From positions 1 through 64,000 of the forward strand of contig CAXXQE010000001.1 in assembly GCA_963665615.2 (NCBI GenBank): a stretch of DNA of 64,000 nt, read 5' to 3'. Every line of letters begins with the position of its first letter. Positions within the stretch are counted from its first letter, which is position 1. The notes under the pieces are model-generated. The model made no database searches. It was not told the DNA's origin and saw only the letters and a program-made list of their open reading frames with translations. This DNA comes from Syntrophales bacterium. GTDB lineage: Bacteria > Desulfobacterota > Syntrophia > Syntrophales > UBA4778. Shown piece by piece: positions 1 to 13,280 of this stretch. The position numbers were made by a program, and so were the translations under genes.

Positions 1-324
1 AAGAGGATGTTTTTCAGCCCAACGTCCGTCATTTCGCAGGGGACGAAGTTGACGCATAGCGGGTTCATGCCGAATTCTTGTTTGAGCGTATAGGCCTGAT
101 AGCAGCTGTCCTTGCCGCCGCTTACCGGGATGATGCAGTCCCCACCAGTCTCCGCGGACATTGCGGTATCGGTCCAGAATGGTTTCGAATTCCCGGCGCC
201 TGGCGGCCCAGTCGATCTCTTTGTGTTTTCTCTCAGCCGACCGGCAGGCATCGCAGACCCCCTCACCATCAAAGACCTGTTCGGGGCGCGTGGCGGGCAT
301 GATGCATTTTTTGCAGTATCTCAT
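1..324 (-). CDS. N-acetyl sugar amidotransferase (PseA/WbuX-like), 5' part; apparent +1 frameshift at 140-143
   Basis: Manual translation MRYCKKCIMPATRP..GVCDAC. Removing one C from CCCC at 140-143 gives WDCIIPVSGGKDS (PP-loop). Runs off the window edge and is not in the ORF track. Confidence 0.8.
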   Translation of the reverse strand, partial: MRYCKKCIMPATRPEQVFDGEGVCDACRSAERKHKEIDWAARRREFETILDRYRNVRGDWWGLHHPGKRRQGQLLSGLYAQTRIRHEPAMRQLRPLRNDGRWAEKHPL

Positions 325-1029
325 CGGATTTCTCCCTGGCGATTTTTTTGCATCCGTTCGTATTTCATCTCCGCCAGTTGCCAGTCGTCGTCGTTGTCGA
401 TATCCTGAACATCCAGGTCGGAGAGGACGAGCGGACAGGCGTCCCGGCATAAATAAGGATTTGTGTTTCAGGAACCCCTCGACCCTAGCCCAGTAGAACT
501 GACCGGCATCGTGGTACGACGGCATTAAATCCTGTGTCCTGGCACTGATATGTTCGGGATGAATAAAGGCCAGTCGGCCGTTTTCGATACGGAGGGCCCG
601 TTGAATCGGATAACTGAAGGCGACCACGGAAATGACGGCTTCGGCCTGCCTTTCGGTCAATAGATCAAGCCCCTTGGCGAGCGTGGTGCCGGTCAGCAGG
701 GGGGACGTGGGATAGATGCAGCAGAAGCAGTCGAACCGACGGCCCCGTTCGGCGTATTTCGCCAGAACCTCCAGGAGGACATCGGCCGTGGTGGCGTGAT
801 CGGAGGCGGTCTCCTCCGATCGCAGAAAAGGAACCGCCGCACCGTGCGCGGCGGCGATTGACGCGATCTGCGAATCGTCTGTCGAGACCATCACCTCCTC
901 AAAGCATCGGGATTGAAGCGCGGCGTCAATAACGTAGGCGATGATGGGCTTCCCGAGGAAGGGCCGTATGTTCTTTCGTGGGATCCGCTTGCTGCCGCCC
1001 CGCGCCGGTATGATGGCGAGTGCTTTCAT
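321..1029 (-). CDS. pseF: Pseudaminic acid cytidylyltransferase; apparent +1 frameshift at 443-445
   Basis: MKALAIIPARGGSKRIPRKNI..VSTDD..YHDAGQFYW. Removing one C gives ..QDIDNDDDWQLAEMKY and a TGA overlapping the next ATG. Confidence 0.85.
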
Positions 1030-1034
1030 GGGCG

Positions 1035-2225
1035 TCATTCCGCGCTTTCCTTTTTTGTCCCGGAGACGATCTCCGTGACCGCGGTGATGACCCGCTCCAA
1101 TGCCTCATCGGTCAGGGAATGGTACATCGGCAGGCTCAGGATCTGATCGTATGCCGCTTCCGCGACAGGGCAATCGCCAAGTTTGCAGCCGAAGACATCC
1201 CGGTAGTATGGATGGAGGTGGACGGGGGTATAGTGAACGTTCGTTCCGATGCCGCGCTGACGCAGCGTCGCATAGAGGGCATTGCGATCGATCGACCTGC
1301 CTGCGGGCATCCGATCGGGGATGCAGCGCACCACGAAGAGATGCCAAGCATGGCGAACGAGGGGAGAGAGCCCGAGGGGCTCGATGCCGGGCAGCGCCTC
1401 AAAGGCCTGGCGGTATCGGTCGGCGATTTGCCGGCGTCGTACCAGCCAGCCGGTCAGCTTTGACAACTGACTGATGCCCAGCGCGCATTGAAAATCGCTC
1501 AGACGGTAGTTGAATCCCAGCTCGACCATCTCGTAAAACCAGGTCTGTTTTTTTTCGCGCTGGCGGTGATCACTGGTAATGCCGTGGTTACGGAAAATCC
1601 GTGCCCGCTCGGCGTAGTCCTCATGGTTGGTCGTGAGCATGCCCCCTTCGCCGGTGGTGATGTGTTTCACCGGATGGAAGCTGAAGACGGTCATATCGGC
1701 GAGCGTGCCGGCCTTGGCGCCTTTGTATTCAGCGCCGAGAGCATGGCAGGCATCTGCAATCAGGGTGAGGCCATGCGTCTTGGCGATATGCCGAAAGGTG
1801 TCATAAGCGCAGGGTTGGCCGGCATAGTCAACGGTGACGATTGCCTTTGTGCGAGATGTAACGAGGGCCTCTGCACTCATGGGATCCATGAGCAGCGTGT
1901 CCGGACAGACGTCGGCAAAGACCGGGCGGCCGCCTTGGAAAACGACGCTGTTGGCCGTTGCCGCAAAGGTCATCGATGGGACGATCACCTCGTCTCCCGG
2001 CCCAATGCCTGCCGCATGCATGGCAACGTGCAGGGCGGCCGTTCCGCTGGAGACGGCTATGGCGCGATGTGCGCCGACCCAGTGCGCAAAGGCCTCCTCA
2101 AAGGCATTGACCATCGGGCCGGTTGTAAGCCAGTCAGAGCGCAAAACATCCACGACGGCCTGAATGTCGTCCTCGGAGATGGATTGGCGACCATAAGGGA
2201 TAAAGGTATTTGTCCGTGCATCCAT
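1035..2225 (-). CDS. pseC: UDP-4-amino-4,6-dideoxy-N-acetyl-beta-L-altrosamine transaminase
   Basis: IPYGRQSI, SSGTAALH, DACHALGA, FSFHPVKHITTGEGG (DegT/DnrJ PLP lysine); located between pseB and pseF. Confidence 0.9.
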   Translation of the reverse strand: MDARTNTFIPYGRQSISEDDIQAVVDVLRSDWLTTGPMVNAFEEAFAHWVGAHRAIAVSSGTAALHVAMHAAGIGPGDEVIVPSMTFAATANSVVFQGGRPVFADVCPDTLLMDPMSAEALVTSRTKAIVTVDYAGQPCAYDTFRHIAKTHGLTLIADACHALGAEYKGAKAGTLADMTVFSFHPVKHITTGEGGMLTTNHEDYAERARIFRNHGITSDHRQREKKQTWFYEMVELGFNYRLSDFQCALGISQLSKLTGWLVRRRQIADRYRQAFEALPGIEPLGLSPLVRHAWHLFVVRCIPDRMPAGRSIDRNALYATLRQRGIGTNVHYTPVHLHPYYRDVFGCKLGDCPVAEAAYDQILSLPMYHSLTDEALERVITAVTEIVSGTKKESAE

Positions 2226-2254
2226 GTCAATTGACCGCTATGTGAATTCCTTTC

Positions 2255-3577
2255 TCAGTATGAAACGGACGGCAGCCCCTCTTCGTCATTCAGGAGCTTT
2301 AACAGAACTCTTTCATTCAGTTTGTGGATCGTGGACAGCAATCCCGTAGAGGCGCTGTCCTCGGCATCGGGTTCGTGGATAAATTGCTTGAGATCGTCAA
2401 TCGTGAGCCACTCCCTGTTGTTGTTGCTGCTGTAGAAAAAGTCTTTGAGCAGGGGGCTGGCATCCTGGTAGATCTTTTTCTCTTCCCACCAGGAATAATT
2501 GGGCAGGATGACATACATGTCCTTGTAATCCACAGTGTGGCGCCCCTCGTCCTCCGTGATGAGGATCTCATGGAGCTTTTCTCCAGGACGGATACCGATG
2601 TTGTCTATTTGACACTCCGGTGCCACTGCTTTTGCCAGATCAACAATTCTCATACTGGGGATCTTGGGGATGAAAATTTCCCCTCCTTGTGAATAACGCA
2701 GAGCCTTAACGACCAGATCGACAGCCTGATTCAGGGTAATCCAGAAACGGGTCATCCGGTCGTCGGTAATGGTGATCTTTCCTGTTTTTCTTTGTTCCTT
2801 AAACAAGGGGATAACACTGCCCCGGCTTCCGATCACGTTGCCGTAACGGACACAGCAAAACCGCGTGCCTCGGGAACCGGAATAGGCATTGCCCTGAATG
2901 AATATTTTTTCGGCACAGAGTTTGGTGGCCCCATAGAGATTGACGGGATTGGCGGCCTTGTCTGTACTGAGGGCGACCACCTTTTTGACGCCGACGTCTA
3001 TGGCGGCATCGATGATGTTTTCGGCCCCGTGAATGTTGGTTTTGATTGCCTCAAAGGGGTTGTACTCGCAAGCCGGAACCTGCTTGAGGGCGGCTGCATG
3101 GACGACGATATCGACGCCCTCCATAGCCCGTTTGATTCGATCGGCGTCGCGGACGTCGCCGATAAAATAACGGACCCCGTCTTCGAAGACCTGGCGCATT
3201 TCATGTTGTTTGAGTTCATCGCGGCTGTATATCCGGATCACCTTTGGATGATATTTCTCCAACATGACCTTGCAGAAGTGTTTCCCGAAAGAGCCGGTGC
3301 CTCCCGTCAACAGGATCGTCTGCTTTTCCCAGTTGATCTCTTCCAGATCGGCCTTTCCGCCCTTGAGAACTTTTTTGGCCTGCGCGATAGTGCGATTCTT
3401 TGCGTGGAGCAATTCCTTGATCTGGCCGAGGTTTTCGAGATCCCGATCGGAATAACGGCGTTGTCCTCCGTCGGTTCGATTGGGGTGGATAAGGTCAGTA
3501 AATTCGGCTTCCCAATATCGGATCGTTGAAGGCGGTATGTGGAGTTTTTCGCTCACCTCTTGAATCCTGTACTTCAT
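2255..3577 (-). CDS. pseB: UDP-N-acetylglucosamine 4,6-dehydratase (inverting) with N-terminal MerR-type HTH
   Basis: TGGTGSFG, SRDELKQ, HAAALKQVP, STDKAANPVNLYGATK, RYGNVIGSRGSV, RPGEKLHE. The first ~75 aa (IQEVSEKLHIPPSTIRYWE..RTDGGQRRY) are MerR-like. Confidence 0.92.
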   Translation of the reverse strand: MKYRIQEVSEKLHIPPSTIRYWEAEFTDLIHPNRTDGGQRRYSDRDLENLGQIKELLHAKNRTIAQAKKVLKGGKADLEEINWEKQTILLTGGTGSFGKHFCKVMLEKYHPKVIRIYSRDELKQHEMRQVFEDGVRYFIGDVRDADRIKRAMEGVDIVVHAAALKQVPACEYNPFEAIKTNIHGAENIIDAAIDVGVKKVVALSTDKAANPVNLYGATKLCAEKIFIQGNAYSGSRGTRFCCVRYGNVIGSRGSVIPLFKEQRKTGKITITDDRMTRFWITLNQAVDLVVKALRYSQGGEIFIPKIPSMRIVDLAKAVAPECQIDNIGIRPGEKLHEILITEDEGRHTVDYKDMYVILPNYSWWEEKKIYQDASPLLKDFFYSSNNNREWLTIDDLKQFIHEPDAEDSASTGLLSTIHKLNERVLLKLLNDEEGLPSVSY

Positions 3578-3628
3578 AAGTGCACCTCTGCTGTGTCGTC
3601 ATGTCTATGTGTTTCGTGTCTCAACCCT

Positions 3629-3655
3629 AAATCGGTTCTGTTCAAAAAAACTAAA
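3629..3655 (-). promoter_or_regulatory. Putative sigma28 (FliA)-type promoter of pse operon
   Basis: Minus strand TTTAGTTT-N11-ACCGATTT versus consensus TAAAGTTT-N11-GCCGATAA. Confidence 0.4.
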
Positions 3656-3687
3656 ATTTAACTTTTACATGAACTTTACGTTGCTCC

Positions 3688-3703
3688 TGCAATTCGCATG
3701 CCT
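3688..3703 (-). promoter_or_regulatory. Putative sigma54 promoter of pse operon
   Basis: Minus strand AGGCATGCGAATTGCA (GG-N10-GC). Confidence 0.6.
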
Positions 3704-3954
3704 CGGATGAACTGTTGAGGGGATGCTGATAGAATGAGGGGGGGTATTCGAGGCAAGTTTTCGTAATTGTTAAGCCGTGTCAGTGACTTGTCGTACGATG
3801 CCTGGCGGAAAGTCTGAAGGCGGCGTTTCGAAAAATACGCGGCTGGATCTGCTTGAAACGGATTCTTGACGGATCGTTATCGCCTCCCCGGCAATGTTTT
3901 CCGCTTCGCTTTATTAAAGATAACGGCCGTCCTAAGGGCGGTCGAGTGTTCAGG

Positions 3955-4728
3955 TCATGTCCTCCTTTTGGTTTTTTGCCGCATGAAAAACCTCAGAAGG
4001 TCGTTGCCCTCCAGGAAGTCCGGATTGATTTTAAGGGCTGTATTAATGGCCGCAACGGCCTGCTGCATCGAACCCTGTTCGTAATGGGCGCGTGCGATGT
4101 TGTAATAGAGGCCTTCGTCTTCAGGCAGTGCGATTAAAGCCTTCATATAATTGTCAATGGAGCGCTCAAAGAGGCCCCTTTGGCGGTTGGTGATGCCCGA
4201 CTGGTTATAGCTGTTGCCGACGTAGGCGCACAGTTTTTCGTCTCCAGAGAGCAGTTGTTTGGCGGTTGGGAGATCCCCGGTTTCCATAAATTCCATGATG
4301 ATCTCAGCCCGTTCCACGATTTCAGCATTCTGACTTCCCTGGTCGCCCGTTTGAGGAGTTAAGTCCGGATAGACGGTCTCCATGAGGTCCTGCTCCTGCA
4401 CGCGGATGAGTTGCAAGACAAACGCTAGCAATGTCTCGGGATCGTTATCTTGAAAAGAGACCGGACCGAAGACGTCCTTGAAGGCTTTGCTTGCGAAAAG
4501 CGCCGGTTGGAAAGCTCGAATTTCCTTGTCGAGTTCTCTCTGATCTGCCGCCAGCATGGGCGTATCCAATCGGCGCTGCAGAACATCCTTGAGGCCGATG
4601 AGCGTTTGTTTGATGTTCTTCTGTTTGAGGTGCCGCTGTGCTTCATGAAGTCGTTTCCAGATAAGGGGAACATCGTCGGTTTTGATCGTCTCTGTCACCG
4701 TTTGCCTCCTTTGTAAGTCAGCTTTCAT
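3955..4728 (-). CDS. TPR-repeat protein
   Basis: C-terminal TPRs (YNQSGI..SIDNYMKAL..PEDEGLYYNIARAHY..AL.INPDF). Confidence 0.75.
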   Translation of the reverse strand: MKADLQRRQTVTETIKTDDVPLIWKRLHEAQRHLKQKNIKQTLIGLKDVLQRRLDTPMLAADQRELDKEIRAFQPALFASKAFKDVFGPVSFQDNDPETLLAFVLQLIRVQEQDLMETVYPDLTPQTGDQGSQNAEIVERAEIIMEFMETGDLPTAKQLLSGDEKLCAYVGNSYNQSGITNRQRGLFERSIDNYMKALIALPEDEGLYYNIARAHYEQGSMQQAVAAINTALKINPDFLEGNDLLRFFMRQKTKRRT

Positions 4729-4862
4729 GTTTCTGTTGCGGGGGATTGGATTTATGTACCTGGTCGAATTGATGCCGCCGAAGATACGTGTTGTAATTTT
4801 TCAGTTGGCCACACGTCGTAAACATCGTTTCTGGTGACAGCAAAAATGCTGTCATACTTGAA

Positions 4863-4961
4863 TCCGGTAGCAAGCGCATTCCTCGCAACTTGCAGCGGGG
4901 TGAGCGAGCGAAATATAATATCTGCCTCTGGGATTGGCGATTTGCCGGAGCTTGCCCCGGT
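4863..4961 (+). repeat. Dispersed two-hairpin element, copy 1
   Basis: Follows TTGAA (4858-4862). Contains caagcgcattcctcgc..gcggggtgagcgagcg and ggcgatttgccggagcttgccccggtgaatcgccaa. Confidence 0.75.
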
Positions 4962-5057
4962 GAATCGCCAAAGATGGATGCAGCTCCCGTTTGGAACGTT
5001 ATTATCGGCTGATTGGAGAAAAAAATAATAAATATTTGAATACAATATGTTACTGGT

Positions 5058-5085
5058 TAAAGTTTGCTGAAGCTGATGCCGATTC
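5058..5085 (+). promoter_or_regulatory. Putative sigma28-type promoter upstream of che cluster
   Basis: TAAAGTTT-N12-GCCGATTC; spacer is one base longer than consensus. Confidence 0.4.
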
Positions 5086-5148
5086 TAGCCTACAGCTGTT
5101 GCATTGGATTAGCAGGTTGATATGGATTCAATATAAAACAGGATTGGT

Positions 5149-5164
5149 TGGTCCTGAAATTGCT
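5149..5164 (+). promoter_or_regulatory. Putative sigma54 promoter upstream of cheW
   Basis: TGGTCCTGAAATTGCT (GG-N10-GC). Confidence 0.5.
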
Positions 5165-5454
5165 AGTCATGAATGTAATTGACTATGGCGTGCAGGCGAA
5201 TTTGTGTAAATGCGACGGCGACCGGTAGAGTGGTTTTTATCTGCTAAGTCCATAAATACTGAGGGGAAGTCCAACAGAGCGTCCTTGAATGCACTGCGGT
5301 TAATCAATCATTGTCATCATCCCTGTTAGGTGAAATTCATGACGGGATTTTGTTAGAAAGACAAATAATTGACTTATTCTTCGGTATTATGATCTGGCAC
5401 GGTTAGGGATGAATCAAACGCTCACAAATCAAAAGAAGGGGAGGTCGGTTGTAG

Positions 5455-5976
5455 ATGTCAGTTTCTGATTTCATTGAATCCGATGTGCAGCACAGTGGCG
5501 CATCGACCGGCAAGGAAGGGAAATATTTGACCTTTACGTTAGCCGGTGAGGAATATGGCCTGGAGATTCTAAAGGTAAAAGAAATCATAGGAATCATGAC
5601 GATAACCTCGGTTCCGCAGACGCCCTCTTACGTCAAGGGGGTCATTAACCTGCGAGGCAAGGTTATTCCCGTTATTGATCTTCGCTTGAAATTTTCGATG
5701 ATGCACCTCGATTATAATGAGAGAACCTGCATCATCGTCGTCGATATCCTGAATAAGTCCGGCGATAAGGTGATTATGGGTATTGTGGTGGATTCCGTTT
5801 CTGAAGTTTTAAATATCAAGGCTGAAGAAATCGAGGAGGCACCAACATTCGGTTTTAAATTGAATACCGATTACATTCTCGGCATGGCCAAGATCAAGGG
5901 GGCAGTAAAAATCTTGCTGGATATTGATCGGGTCCTGACCCTGGATACGGCCATAGCGCAAACCATGTTGCACTGA
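5455..5976 (+). CDS. cheW: Chemotaxis coupling protein CheW
   Basis: YLTFTLAGEEYG..VKEII..GVINLRGKVIPVIDLR..GIVVDSVSEV. Confidence 0.95.
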   Translation: MSVSDFIESDVQHSGASTGKEGKYLTFTLAGEEYGLEILKVKEIIGIMTITSVPQTPSYVKGVINLRGKVIPVIDLRLKFSMMHLDYNERTCIIVVDILNKSGDKVIMGIVVDSVSEVLNIKAEEIEEAPTFGFKLNTDYILGMAKIKGAVKILLDIDRVLTLDTAIAQTMLH

Positions 5977-6007
5977 TTGTGTTCATCGTTCGTCTAGTGG
6001 GGAGCCA

Positions 6008-6886
6008 TTGAGAAACGCCACATTTCTTAAACCGATACCTCAAGTAGAAAAGGAAAGCAGCGTGCACGGTCCGGAGCTTAGAGACATTGATTTTGAGAAG
6101 ATCAAGAAAATGGTCTTTGAAATTTGCGGGATCGATTTGCATTCTGGGAAGAAGGAGCTGGTCAAGGCCCGTCTGGGGAAAAGATTACGGGAAGGCAAAT
6201 TCCCGTCCTTTAAGGATTATTACGAGTACGTGATGACGTCGGAAGGGGCCGAGGAATTGATCATGATGATCGATTCGATCTCGACAAACTTAACCAGCTT
6301 TTTTCGTGAGGAGACGCATTTTCGTAGATTGCATACTATTATGCCGGAGTTGTTGAAGAATTCCGAAAAGGCGTCGGTAGGTTCCCGACTGCATATCTGG
6401 TGTGCTGGCTGCTCAACGGGGGAAGAGGCTTATACCATCGCTATGACCATGAAGGAGACGACGGCTAAGCCCTTTGATTTGCGGATTTGGGCAACCGACA
6501 TATCGACCAAAGTCCTTAAAAAGGCTGTAACCGGCATCTATGCCGAGGAAAGGATCAGAAAGATCCCGGCAGAGCTTTTAAAAAAGTATTTTGCCGTCGG
6601 GCAGGGAGACTGGAAGGGGTACTACCGGGTTAAGGACAACTTGCGGGCGTCGATTACGTTCGCCCGGTTTAACTTGATGGACCCGCCGCCAGCCGGGGAT
6701 TTATTCGACGTCATTTTTTGCAGGAATGTCATGATCTACTTCAATAAACAGACTCAGAGCGAGCTCGTCAACAGGTTTTACAGTCGTCTTAGAGTTGGCG
6801 GTTATTTGTTTATAGGTCACTCAGAGAGTTTAACGGGGTTGCCTCATTCGTTTAAATATATCGAACCGAGCGTATACTGTAAATAA
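6008..6886 (+). CDS. cheR: Chemotaxis methyltransferase CheR
   Basis: STNLTSFFRE, IWCAGCSTGEEAY, ATDIS, FDVIFCRNVMIYF, IGHSESL. Start may be GTG at 6062. Confidence 0.95.
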   Translation: MRNATFLKPIPQVEKESSVHGPELRDIDFEKIKKMVFEICGIDLHSGKKELVKARLGKRLREGKFPSFKDYYEYVMTSEGAEELIMMIDSISTNLTSFFREETHFRRLHTIMPELLKNSEKASVGSRLHIWCAGCSTGEEAYTIAMTMKETTAKPFDLRIWATDISTKVLKKAVTGIYAEERIRKIPAELLKKYFAVGQGDWKGYYRVKDNLRASITFARFNLMDPPPAGDLFDVIFCRNVMIYFNKQTQSELVNRFYSRLRVGGYLFIGHSESLTGLPHSFKYIEPSVYCK

Positions 6887-6887
6887 T

Positions 6888-7370
6888 ATGGCTGAACTTG
6901 TTATTGGAATCTCAGACTTTAAAGTGAGCAAGAATCCCGGTGACGTATTAGTAACCTATGCCCTTGGCTCCTGCATCGGCGTAATGGTGTATGATCCTAT
7001 CGCAAGGGTTGGCGGTATGCTTCACTATATGCTGCCTGATTCCACGTTGGATCCAGACAAGGCCAAAGAGAAGCCAGCTATGTTCGCCGATACGGGGATC
7101 CCTCTTCTTTTCAAGTCTTGCTATCAGTTGGGCGCGGAAAAGAAAAGGATGATCGTTAAGGTGGCAGGAGGGGCCAGTATCCTGGACGATACGAATTATT
7201 TCCGGATTGGCCAGAAAAACATCATGGCGCTGCGCAAGATATTCTGGAAGAACAATGTGTTAATTGACAAGGAAGATACCGGGAGGAGTTGCAACAGGAC
7301 GGTGCGACTGCATATTGATTCCGGTATTGTCTTAATGAAGGCATCGGGTGAGGAAACGAGGCAATTATGA
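6888..7370 (+). CDS. cheD: Chemoreceptor glutamine deamidase CheD
   Basis: TYALGSCIGV, GGMLHYMLP, FADTG, KVAGGA. Confidence 0.92.
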   Translation: MAELVIGISDFKVSKNPGDVLVTYALGSCIGVMVYDPIARVGGMLHYMLPDSTLDPDKAKEKPAMFADTGIPLLFKSCYQLGAEKKRMIVKVAGGASILDDTNYFRIGQKNIMALRKIFWKNNVLIDKEDTGRSCNRTVRLHIDSGIVLMKASGEETRQL

Positions 7371-8218
7371 AGGTCGTTGACAGGATCCTTCAGTCGATTC
7401 AAAAGATTCCGGCTTTTCCGGTCACAGGGCAGCGCGTTGCCGAGGTCATGAGAAATCCGGATTATGCGGTTACACAGGTCGTCAATGTCATCAAGTTTGA
7501 TCCGTCCATCACGGCGAATATTCTAAAGATTTGCAACTCCGCCTATTTCGGGGTACGCAGGATCAGTACACTGCATGACGCGGTGGTTTTTCTTGGACAG
7601 GAAAATATCTTACGAGCCATCCAGGTGTCTGGGATTTCGAGATATTTTAATAAAAACGCCCCCGGTTATGGGGTCAATGCCCGCGATTTGTGGAAACACG
7701 CAGTCGGTGTGGCCCTGATGACACAGATCTTGTCCAAGAAAATTACGGGTACGGATGATTCCCGGTTGTTTACGGCGGGACTGCTGCACGATATTGGAAA
7801 GTTTATTTTGAGCGAATTTGTCCAGGACTCATCCCAGCGAATCATGGAGTTAGTGAATAGCCAAGGGTATTCTTTTCTCAAGGCTGAGGAAGAGGTGATT
7901 GGGATGAACCATGCGGAGGTGGGAGGGCGCATTGCTCAGAACTGGAATTTCCCGCCAGAGATCCGTGATACGATCCGGTTTCACCATCGTCCCGATCTGG
8001 CACAGCTAGGAGGCAATAACAGATTCTGCTGGATTGTTTATCTGGCCGACCAGGCCTGTATCATTATGGGGCTTGGCGGCGGAAACGATGGTTTAGCCTA
8101 TTGGGGCTTGAAGGATGTTATCGATATTTTGCGGATCCGTCAGAAGGATCTTGAAATGGGAATGGCAGAGTTGCTAAAGGAATTAGAAAGAGCACAGGAA
8201 CTTGTTAATCTTGTTTGA
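7367..8218 (+). CDS. HDOD domain protein
   Basis: IPAFP..DPSITANILKICNSAYFG, AGLLHDIGK, HAEVGG..WNFP..IRFHH. Confidence 0.9.
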   Translation: MKVVDRILQSIQKIPAFPVTGQRVAEVMRNPDYAVTQVVNVIKFDPSITANILKICNSAYFGVRRISTLHDAVVFLGQENILRAIQVSGISRYFNKNAPGYGVNARDLWKHAVGVALMTQILSKKITGTDDSRLFTAGLLHDIGKFILSEFVQDSSQRIMELVNSQGYSFLKAEEEVIGMNHAEVGGRIAQNWNFPPEIRDTIRFHHRPDLAQLGGNNRFCWIVYLADQACIIMGLGGGNDGLAYWGLKDVIDILRIRQKDLEMGMAELLKELERAQELVNLV

Positions 8219-8233
8219 AATTGGGTGGAGCCT

Positions 8234-8665
8234 ATGTCGTTTAACGTCTTAATTGTCGATGATTCAGGCGCCATGCGTGCCGTTGTGAAGAAGATCATAA
8301 CGATCTCTGGGTTTAAAATAGACCAGTGTTATGAGGCCGCTAATGGCAAGGAGGCCCTGGAGGTGCTCAAGGGCACCTGGGTGGATATCATCATGTCCGA
8401 CCTGAACATGCCGGAAATGAATGGGTTGGAATTGTTAACGAATTTGAAGCAGGATGAGCTCCTGAAAGAGATTCCGGTTGTTATCATTACGACGGAAGGC
8501 AGTGATGAGCGAAAACAGCTCGTGACGGATATGGGGGCCAAGGGGTTTATCAAGAAACCTTTTGTCCCGGAAGAAGTCCGGAGAATCCTTTATGACGTGG
8601 TCGGCATGACCGAAGAGGGGACTTATGGAGGAGATCAGGCAGAAGCTGATGGAGTCGATTTTTGA
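8234..8665 (+). CDS. CheY-like response regulator
   Basis: VLIVDDS..SDLNMPEMNG..ITT..FIKKPF; ATG at 8234. Confidence 0.88.
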   Translation: MSFNVLIVDDSGAMRAVVKKIITISGFKIDQCYEAANGKEALEVLKGTWVDIIMSDLNMPEMNGLELLTNLKQDELLKEIPVVIITTEGSDERKQLVTDMGAKGFIKKPFVPEEVRRILYDVVGMTEEGTYGGDQAEADGVDF

Positions 8666-9074
8666 GGTTTTCGAAAGGATGCTTTTCGTCTTTTTGGAGC
8701 CTTTGGACGAATCCGGTTCAATATCGGGGCCGGAAGCGTCAATTCACTTTGACAGTGACAATATCACAGGGACCTGCAGGTTGATGGTCGATCAGAGCCT
8801 CGCTACGATCATGGCGCAGAATCTTATGGGCGATGGCTGCGGGGAGCTCGACAAGCAGTGTGTAGGGGATTGCGTGAAGGAGGCGCTGAATATGATTTCC
8901 GGCAACTTCCTTAGCAAATACGACCGAAGCCGCGTGTTTAACCTGTCAATACCGGAGTTGTCCGATGGCGCTATGGTGGGTACCGCGTCGCAGGTGTTGA
9001 CGGAAAGCGACTATCAGCTCTATTTTGATTCCGATTATGGAAAAGTTTCGATGTCAATGTCCATGAGTTTATGA
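8625..9074 (+). CDS. CheX/CheC-like phosphatase family protein
   Basis: DCVKEALNMISGN (D-x-x-x-E-x-x-N motif) followed by LSIP; che cluster context. Confidence 0.65.
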   Translation: MEEIRQKLMESIFEVFERMLFVFLEPLDESGSISGPEASIHFDSDNITGTCRLMVDQSLATIMAQNLMGDGCGELDKQCVGDCVKEALNMISGNFLSKYDRSRVFNLSIPELSDGAMVGTASQVLTESDYQLYFDSDYGKVSMSMSMSL

Positions 9075-9089
9075 GGCATCGAAATAACG

Positions 9090-12847
<3,758 letters not shown>

Positions 12848-12867
12848 GGTGTTGAGGAGGATAGTAT

Positions 12868-13254
12868 ATGATACATGATAAAATGATAAAAATCTTAATT
12901 GTGGATGATTTTGCCACCATGCGCAAGGTGATCCGTAATCTGCTGAAACAGATCGGGTATGAAAATATTGTCGAAGCCGAAAATGGTCAGATTGCGTTAA
13001 GCACCCTGCAGTCTCAAAAGATTGATTTTATAATCTCCGACTGGAATATGCCCAACATGACGGGGCTTGAGCTCCTGAAAGCGGTTAGAGCGGATGAGGA
13101 TTTAAAGAAGACGCCCTTTCTCATGGTGACGGCGGAAGCCCTGAAGGAGAATGTTGTGGAGGCAGTAAAGGCAGGTGTCAACAACTATATCGTGAAGCCC
13201 TTTACGGCCGAGGTTCTGGAAGAAAAAATCAAAAAAATTATCGACGCCATTTAG
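12868..13254 (+). CDS. cheY: Chemotaxis response regulator CheY
   Basis: ILIVDDFATMRK..ISDWNMPNMTG..MVTAE..YIVKPFTA. Confidence 0.95.
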   Translation: MIHDKMIKILIVDDFATMRKVIRNLLKQIGYENIVEAENGQIALSTLQSQKIDFIISDWNMPNMTGLELLKAVRADEDLKKTPFLMVTAEALKENVVEAVKAGVNNYIVKPFTAEVLEEKIKKIIDAI

Positions 13255-13280
13255 GTCGGGTATTTGGGAAAGGATGAAGC

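Noticed and set aside
5183..5454. c-di-GMP riboswitch in the long cheW leader
   Set aside because: Could not find the GEMM-I hallmarks (GGCAAAC..GAAA..GACGCAAAG). An Rfam scan would settle it.
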